64,000 bases of DNA, taken from positions 1,440,001 through 1,504,000 of the forward strand of contig OY969814.1 in NCBI GenBank assembly GCA_963703345.1. Direction: 5' to 3'. A program made the position numbers and the translations under genes. Below are positions 57,978 to 64,000 of the stretch, one piece after another. The notes below the pieces were generated by a model. That model saw only the letters and a list, made by a program, of their open reading frames with translations. It had not been told where the DNA came from and made no database searches. Every line of letters starts with the position of its first letter. The first letter of the stretch is position 1. Origin of the DNA: an uncultured Chloroflexia bacterium (GTDB lineage: Bacteria > Chloroflexota > Dehalococcoidia > DSTF01 > JALHUB01).

Positions 57978-59380
57978 CCGACCGCAAGGCCGTCGAGATA
58001 GCCGAAGACGGCTACAAGTGGGGCTTCCACGACGAGGCGCGCTACATCTTCCGGACCGAGAAGGGCCTCTCGCGCAAGGTCGTCCAGCAGATCGCGGGCA
58101 TCAAAGAGGAGCCGGAGTGGATGCGGGAGATGCGACTTCGCGCGCTCGAGGTCTTCGAGTCGAAGCCGATGCCCGGCTGGGGGCCCGACCTTTCGGCGGT
58201 GAACCTGGACGATATGTACTACTACGCGCGCGCCAGCGACCGCGCTGAACGTGACTGGGAGGACGTGCCGGACTACATCCGTCAGACGTTCGACCGGCTG
58301 GGCATACCGGAGGCGGAGCGCAAGTTCCTCGCCGGCGTCGGCGCCCAGTACGACTCGGAGACCGTCTATCACAACATCCGCCAGGAGCTGTCGAAGCAAG
58401 GCGTCATCTTCGTCAACATGGACACGGCTGTCCGCGAGTACCCGGAGCTGGTCCGCCGCTACTTTGGCACCATCGTGCCGCCCGGCGACAACAAGTTTTC
58501 GGCTTTGAATAGCGCCGTCTGGAGCGGCGGCAGCTTCATCTACGTGCCGGAGGGCGTGCGCGTCAACGTGCCGCTTCAGGCCTACTTCCGCATCAATGCC
58601 GAGAACATCGGCCAGTTCGAGCGCACGCTCATCATCGCCGAGCCCGGCAGCTTCGTCCACTATATCGAAGGCTGCACGGCGCCTATATACACCAGCAACT
58701 CCCTGCACGCCGCCGTGGTCGAAGTCATCGTCAAGAAGGGCGCGCGGGTGCGCTACAGCACCGTCCAGAACTGGTCGACGAACGTCTACAACCTTGTGAC
58801 GAAGCGCTCCGTCGCTTATGAGGACGCCGTAATTGAGTGGGTCGACGGCAATCTCGGCAGCAAAGTCACGATGAAGTACCCGGCGATCTATCTCATGGAG
58901 CCGGGCGCCCGCGGCGAGGTGCTGTCTCTCAGCTTCGCCGGCCGCGGCCAGCATCAGGACGCCGGCGCCAAAGCCGTCCATGTGGCGCCGTACACCAACT
59001 CCGTCATAACCTCCAAGTCCATCAGCAAGGACGGCGGCCGCGCCAGCTACCGCGGCCTGGTGAAGGCCTACCGTGGCGCGAAGGGCATCCGTTCCTCCGT
59101 CCGCTGCGACGCTTTGCTTCTCGACGAAGACTCGCGCTCCGACACCTACCCGACGATGGAGATCGACGAGCGCGACGTCTCGGTCAGCCACGAGGCGAGC
59201 GTCAGCAAGGTCAGCGAAGAGCAGCTCTTCTACCTGCGCAGTCGCGGCATCGACGAGCAGGAGGCGACGAAGATGATCGTCAACGGCTTCGTGGAGCCGG
59301 TCGTGAAAGAGCTGCCGATGGAGTACGCGGTCGAGCTGAACCGGCTCATTGAGCTGCAACTGGAGGGGGCGATAGGCTAG
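57974..59380 (+). CDS. sufB: Fe-S assembly protein SufB
   Basis: [24 protein letters not shown]. Confidence 0.96.
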   Translation: MTDRKAVEIAEDGYKWGFHDEARYIFRTEKGLSRKVVQQIAGIKEEPEWMREMRLRALEVFESKPMPGWGPDLSAVNLDDMYYYARASDRAERDWEDVPDYIRQTFDRLGIPEAERKFLAGVGAQYDSETVYHNIRQELSKQGVIFVNMDTAVREYPELVRRYFGTIVPPGDNKFSALNSAVWSGGSFIYVPEGVRVNVPLQAYFRINAENIGQFERTLIIAEPGSFVHYIEGCTAPIYTSNSLHAAVVEVIVKKGARVRYSTVQNWSTNVYNLVTKRSVAYEDAVIEWVDGNLGSKVTMKYPAIYLMEPGARGEVLSLSFAGRGQHQDAGAKAVHVAPYTNSVITSKSISKDGGRASYRGLVKAYRGAKGIRSSVRCDALLLDEDSRSDTYPTMEIDERDVSVSHEASVSKVSEEQLFYLRSRGIDEQEATKMIVNGFVEPVVKELPMEYAVELNRLIELQLEGAIG

Positions 59381-59384
59381 CGCC

Positions 59385-60692
59385 ATGTTGAGCTCCGTTG
59401 CCAGCCGCGAACATCAGGCCATCGAGCAAATATCCGCTCGCAACGACGAGCCGGTCTGGCTCCTCCAGCATCGTCTGAAGGCCTCCCGCCTCTACGGCGA
59501 CATGTTGCTGCCGACCGGCCAGGAGGAAGAATGGCGCCGGGTGGACCTGCGGGCCGCGAACGTAGATGGCCTGGACCTGTCGGCGGGACCATCAGATGCG
59601 ACGGCGTCAGCCACGTTGCATGACGAAGAAGGCTACGGCGGCCAGATCGTGCAGCAGGACGGACTGACGCTGCGCCGGCGCCTCTCCCGCGAGATCGAAC
59701 GGCAGGGCGTGATCTTCACGGACCTTCATGCCGCCGCCCGAGAGCAGCCGGATCTCTTCCGAGCCAATTTCATGACAGAAGCCGTGCAGCCGATAGTCTG
59801 GAAGCTGGTCGCCTTGCACGCCGCTCTCTGGAAAGGCGGCGTCTTTCTACACGTCCCCGCCGGCGCTAATATCACCGTTCCTCTCCACGCCCGCGTGGGC
59901 GGGTCTGATGCCGAAGCCATCTTTCCGCACACCCTCATCGTCGCCGAAGAGGGCAGCAGCGCCACCCTCGTCGAAGAGCAGGTTTCCGACGAGAGCGGAC
60001 GCCACAAGTTCAGCAGCGGCGTCGTCGAGATCCTCGTGCGACGCGGCGCCGGCGTCCGCTACGTCGGCGTCCAGGACTGGAGCCGGAACGCCAACGCCTT
60101 CGCGACCATCCGCGCGATTGTCGACGAAGAAGGATACCTGGAGCTCGGCCTTATCGGCACCGGCGGCCGCACCACGAAGACCAACGTTGAAGTCATCCTT
60201 TCGGCGCCGGGGGCTACAGCCAGCATCGCCGGCCTCTTCCTGGCCTCAGGCGAGCAGCAGATGAGCTACGCCACTCTCCAGGACCATCGCGCGCGCAACA
60301 CGACGAGCGATCTGCTTCTGAAGTCCGCCATAAAGGACAGCGCCCTGCTGGTCTGGAACGGCCTGACGCGCATTCGTAAGGGCGCCGGCGAAAGCGATGC
60401 CAATCAGACCAGCCGCAACCTGCTTCTCGGCGAGAACGCCCGCGTAGCGCCGATTCCCGTGCTCGAGATCGAGGCGCACGACGTCGCCCGCTGCAGCCAC
60501 GGGGTCACCGTTAGCTCGGTGGACGAAGACCAGCTCTACTACATGATGTCGCGCGGTCTTAGCCGGCAGGAGGCGACAGAAGCCATCGTCGACGGCTTCT
60601 TCCGGCAGGGGCTGGAGCGCCTGAGCCTCGTCCGCGCCTACGATTTCGTCGGCCGTCTCCTTGAGCGCCGGCTGGTGGCGAAGGCAGCCTGA
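59385..60692 (+). CDS. sufD: Fe-S assembly protein SufD
   Basis: EEWR, P.LEI...CSHG, YYMMSRG; operon position. Confidence 0.93.
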   Translation: MLSSVASREHQAIEQISARNDEPVWLLQHRLKASRLYGDMLLPTGQEEEWRRVDLRAANVDGLDLSAGPSDATASATLHDEEGYGGQIVQQDGLTLRRRLSREIERQGVIFTDLHAAAREQPDLFRANFMTEAVQPIVWKLVALHAALWKGGVFLHVPAGANITVPLHARVGGSDAEAIFPHTLIVAEEGSSATLVEEQVSDESGRHKFSSGVVEILVRRGAGVRYVGVQDWSRNANAFATIRAIVDEEGYLELGLIGTGGRTTKTNVEVILSAPGATASIAGLFLASGEQQMSYATLQDHRARNTTSDLLLKSAIKDSALLVWNGLTRIRKGAGESDANQTSRNLLLGENARVAPIPVLEIEAHDVARCSHGVTVSSVDEDQLYYMMSRGLSRQEATEAIVDGFFRQGLERLSLVRAYDFVGRLLERRLVAKAA

Positions 60693-60694
60693 AA

Positions 60695-61033
60695 ATGATG
60701 CGCGAGGCTGTGAAGGTAGCGGCAACGCGGGATATCCCGCCGGGAGCGGTCAAGGTAGTGGACACAATGGGACGCCGGATCGCAATCTGCAACCTCGGCG
60801 GTGAGTACTTCGCGGTCGACGACGTTTGCACGCACGACGGCGGACCGCTGGGCAGCGGCAGGCTCTGCGACGGCGAGATCGAATGCCCGCGCCACGGCGG
60901 TCGCTTCGATGTTCGCAGCGGTCGCGCCACCGTCTTTCCGGCTGTGAATGCGATTCGTACCTACCAGGTGTCAGTCAGCGGCGGAGACGTGGTGCTGTCG
61001 ATTCCCGGGGGGGCAGGAGGACGCGATGTTTGA
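60695..61033 (+). CDS. Rieske-type ferredoxin
   Basis: CTHD...CPRHG. Confidence 0.92.
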   Translation: MMREAVKVAATRDIPPGAVKVVDTMGRRIAICNLGGEYFAVDDVCTHDGGPLGSGRLCDGEIECPRHGGRFDVRSGRATVFPAVNAIRTYQVSVSGGDVVLSIPGGAGGRDV

Positions 61034-62270
61034 CGTTGAAGCGATACGCAAGGACTTCCCGATCCTCGAGCGCACCGTGCATGGCAAGCCCCTGGTCTAC
61101 CTGGACAACGCCGCCACCACACAGAAGCCGCACGCCGTCATCGACGCGCTCGTTGAGTACTACGAGCACTATAACTCCAACATCCATCGCGGCCTGCACA
61201 CCCTCGCCGAGGAGTCGACAGCCCGCTACGAAGAGGCGCGGCAGAAAGTCGCGCGCTTTATCAATGCGCCGGGCCCGGAGAGTATCATCTTCACCCGCAA
61301 CGCCACCGAGTCGATCAACCTCGTCGCACAGGGCTGGGGACGCACGCATATCAGAGCCGGCGACGAGATCGTCCTCACGGTCATGGAGCACCACAGCAAT
61401 CTGGTGCCCTGGCAGATGCTGGCGAAGGAGACCGGCGCCGTTCTCCGATTCGTCGATATCGATGACGAAGGCCGGCTGCGCCCCGAGGACTGGCCACGCC
61501 TTGTCGGCGAGAGGACGAAGCTGGTCACGCTGACGCAGATGTCGAACGTGCTCGGCACTATCAACCCCGTGCGCGAGATCGCTGCCCTTGCCCACCGGTA
61601 CGGCGCTCTCGTCTTCGTCGACGGCGCCCAGAGCGTGCCCCACATGCCGGTAGACGTCCAGGATCTGGATTGCGATTTCCTGGTCTTCTCCAGCCACAAG
61701 ATGCTGGGCCCCACCGGCGTCGGCGTCGTCTACGCCCGGCTCAGCGTCCTTGAAGAGACAACGCCGTTCCTGACCGGTGGCCACATGATCAGCAGGGTAA
61801 CGCTGGAAGACTCCACCTGGAACGACCTCCCGTGGCGCTTCGAGGCGGGCACGCCGAACATCGCCGACGTAATCGCATTCGGCGCTGCCATAGACTACCT
61901 CACGGGCATCGGCATGAGAGCGGTGCGCCGCCACGAGATCGAGCTCACGGCCTACGCCTTGCAGGTGCTGTCGGAGATACCAGACGTGACACTTTACGGG
62001 CCGAAGGATGCGTCTGTACGCGGCGCCGCGGTCTCCTTCAACCTTGGGGAGCTCCATCCCCACGACATCGGCACCGTCCTCGACAGCTACGGGATCGCTA
62101 TTCGCGCCGGCCACCACTGCGCTCAGCCCCTGATGACGCGCCTGGGCGTTGTCGCCACCGCGCGCGCCAGCTTCTATCTTTACAACACTCGCGAAGAAAT
62201 CGACGCTCTGGTGCGGGGAGTCAAGGAGGCCGCGAAGTTCTTTGGAAATGTCATCAGCAGCCGAACCTGA
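61026..62270 (+). CDS. sufS: Cysteine desulfurase SufS
   Basis: YLDNAAT, EHHSN, SSHKM, RAGHHCA. Confidence 0.96.
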   Translation: MFDVEAIRKDFPILERTVHGKPLVYLDNAATTQKPHAVIDALVEYYEHYNSNIHRGLHTLAEESTARYEEARQKVARFINAPGPESIIFTRNATESINLVAQGWGRTHIRAGDEIVLTVMEHHSNLVPWQMLAKETGAVLRFVDIDDEGRLRPEDWPRLVGERTKLVTLTQMSNVLGTINPVREIAALAHRYGALVFVDGAQSVPHMPVDVQDLDCDFLVFSSHKMLGPTGVGVVYARLSVLEETTPFLTGGHMISRVTLEDSTWNDLPWRFEAGTPNIADVIAFGAAIDYLTGIGMRAVRRHEIELTAYALQVLSEIPDVTLYGPKDASVRGAAVSFNLGELHPHDIGTVLDSYGIAIRAGHHCAQPLMTRLGVVATARASFYLYNTREEIDALVRGVKEAAKFFGNVISSRT

Positions 62271-62709
62271 GCTCGACGAGCTCTACAAAGACCTGATCCT
62301 CGACCACTACCGGCGGCCGCGAAACCGTCACTCCGTCGCGGAGCCGAAGGTTGTCGGCGAGGGCTATAACCCTCTCTGTGGCGATGAGATCGCCGTCGAG
62401 GCCCACATCGAGGGCGACGTTCTTGCCGACGTTGGCTTTCAGGGGCGCGGCTGCTCCCTCAGCCAGGCCTCCGGCTCCATGATGACCGAGGCGATCAAGG
62501 GGAAGACGCTTCAGGAAGCGCGGTCGCTCATCGCCCAGTTCACGCGCATGATGACCAATCCGGCATCTCCGGCGTCCGAAGAACTTGGCGACCTGGAGGC
62601 ATTCATCGGCGTCGCCAAGTACCCGGTCCGCGTGAAGTGCGCCACGCTCGCCTGGCACGCTCTAATAGACCTGCTGAACCAGTACGAGCAGACGCAGGAG
62701 AGTTGCTAG
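62248..62709 (+). CDS. sufU: SufU sulfur-transfer/scaffold protein
   Basis: NPLCGD, GCSLS, RVKCATL. Confidence 0.95.
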   Translation: MSSAAEPELDELYKDLILDHYRRPRNRHSVAEPKVVGEGYNPLCGDEIAVEAHIEGDVLADVGFQGRGCSLSQASGSMMTEAIKGKTLQEARSLIAQFTRMMTNPASPASEELGDLEAFIGVAKYPVRVKCATLAWHALIDLLNQYEQTQESC

Positions 62710-62711
62710 CC

Positions 62712-63017
62712 GTGCTCTTCTCGGAAGAAGTGGTCCGCGAACGCCTGCGCGACGTGCTCGATCCGGAGATGCGTCTCAGCGTCGTCGACCTTGGTCTCAT
62801 CTACGCGATCGACATTGAAGGCGACACTGTGCGCGTCACCTATACTCTTACCAGCCCCGCCTGCCCTCTCGGCGGCCTCATCGCCGAGCAGATCCGTCGC
62901 GCCGTGCTGGATATCCCGGGCGTGCGGGACATCGAGCTGTTGCTCACGTTCAGCCCGCCCTGGGACCCAAACACCATGGCCAGCGAAGACGCGCGGATGG
63001 AGATGGGCATCTGGTAG
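62712..63017 (+). CDS. DUF59 / SufT-like Fe-S maturation protein
   Basis: DPE...VDLGL, TLTSPACP, PPW. Confidence 0.9.
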   Translation: MLFSEEVVRERLRDVLDPEMRLSVVDLGLIYAIDIEGDTVRVTYTLTSPACPLGGLIAEQIRRAVLDIPGVRDIELLLTFSPPWDPNTMASEDARMEMGIW

Positions 63018-63350
63018 GTTGCGCCCGCTCCGCGCGGACCTTCCCAGGCTGTTGAAGAACTACCCTAGCCGAGACTTTCTAGTCTCGGCGCCGAACCTGC
63101 GGCCAGGCTGGGAAGCGTGGCCTACGCGCCTTTCGAGCTTCGGCTTTCTGCGATTTCGGCCGTTCAGGGGCTATCCCCCAAGTTAAGTCGGGTGCTGACA
63201 CCCTTCATCCAGCCCTCCTGAGTATCGACATACAAACAGACCCTTAATGGTTGGAAGCGGTAGCCAGGAGGATGGCTGCCGCAAGCCCCGCCCAACGGCG
63301 GGAGACGGGCCGCGTCTTACAGGGCCCCGCTCCGAATAAGGAGGGAGTGA

Positions 63351-63938
63351 ATGAGCAGACTACTCAAGCTATTCAGAAAGGCAACCGGGAAAGAGGAAGG
63401 CATCACCGGTCTGGAGACCGCCATCATATTGATTGCCTTCGTAGTTGTGGCGACCGTCTTCGCGTTCGTCGTGCTGAGCACAGGTCTATTCAGCTCTGAG
63501 CGAGGCAAAGAAGCGGTCTACGCAGGACTCGCGAAGACCGAGGGTTCGCTGGAGTTGAGGGGAGCCGTTATCGCTAACACCGACGGCTCGATCGTGGACA
63601 CTCTCGTCTTCGACCTGGCCAACGCCGCCGGCGGCGAACCCGTCAACCTCGACCCGACCGCCGTCAGCAACAAGATGGTCATCGCCTACCGCGACGCCAA
63701 CACCACCATCCCCAGCATCGCCTGGGACGTCAACTTCCTGGTGCCAGCAACGCCGCCAGCGAACAACAGCTACCTGCTAATGGAAGGTGAGCTGGCGGAA
63801 ATCACGGTGGACATCACGGCTGAGGCTCTTGGGCCGAACCAGCCGTTCACCATTGAGGTGAAGCCACCGCTCGGCGGTACCATGACCATCGCCAGGACGA
63901 CACCTGCCGGCCTGGATACAGTGGTTGACCTCCATTAA
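63351..63938 (+). CDS. arlB: Archaellin (archaeal-type flagellin, ArlB/FlaB)
   Basis: Class III signal peptide KEEG|ITGLETAIILIAFVVVATVF, DL/LLxxGE and EVKPPxG motifs; AAGGAGG SD. Confidence 0.92.
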   Translation: MSRLLKLFRKATGKEEGITGLETAIILIAFVVVATVFAFVVLSTGLFSSERGKEAVYAGLAKTEGSLELRGAVIANTDGSIVDTLVFDLANAAGGEPVNLDPTAVSNKMVIAYRDANTTIPSIAWDVNFLVPATPPANNSYLLMEGELAEITVDITAEALGPNQPFTIEVKPPLGGTMTIARTTPAGLDTVVDLH

Positions 63939-64000
63939 GGAGCAACTGCTCTCCTTAAGGAAAGCCAGGCGGACGCGGCCGTAGGATTCCAACAATAGAG

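Noticed and set aside
63240-63345. c-di-GMP riboswitch upstream of the archaellin
   Set aside because: Hairpins are present, but the conserved class I/II sequence elements were not recognisable.
1-64000. CRISPR arrays, rRNA genes, IS transposases
   Set aside because: None seen on either strand by eye.

Overview
GC-rich bacterial chromosome segment, most consistent with Chloroflexota (Dehalococcoidia-like). This placement is inferred from gene content, not from a search. The left half (about 6.0-32.5 kb) is an integration hotspot built on tRNA-Gly(UCC), which appears four times: two promoter-bearing 5' halves (6045, 24478), one intact gene (30227) and one 3' half (32487), all meeting at the anticodon-loop heptamer CTTCCAA. 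Between the second 5' half and the intact tRNA is a compact 5.7 kb integrative element. It carries a tyrosine integrase, a Rep_trans/MOBT rolling-circle initiator with its own CTAA nic hairpin, and restriction-nuclease-like cargo, and it appears to restore the 5' end of the tRNA instead of the usual 3' end. The 18.4 kb segment to its left begins with a decayed relative of the same element and carries a HEPN-like gene, an MmeI-like R-M enzyme, aroF, a Pat acetyltransferase and an adenylate cyclase-ATPase-TPR protein. typA lies between the intact tRNA and the 3' half. The right half is mostly metabolic or housekeeping (fdhE, HD-GYP, a second Pat, treT, pfkA, acyl-CoA enzymes, uppP, cobB, padR-arsM, the suf operon). 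It also holds an HNH/zinc-ribbon two-gene module and ends in an archaeal-type flagellin (archaellin). All calls come from reading motifs by eye; no database searches were run.
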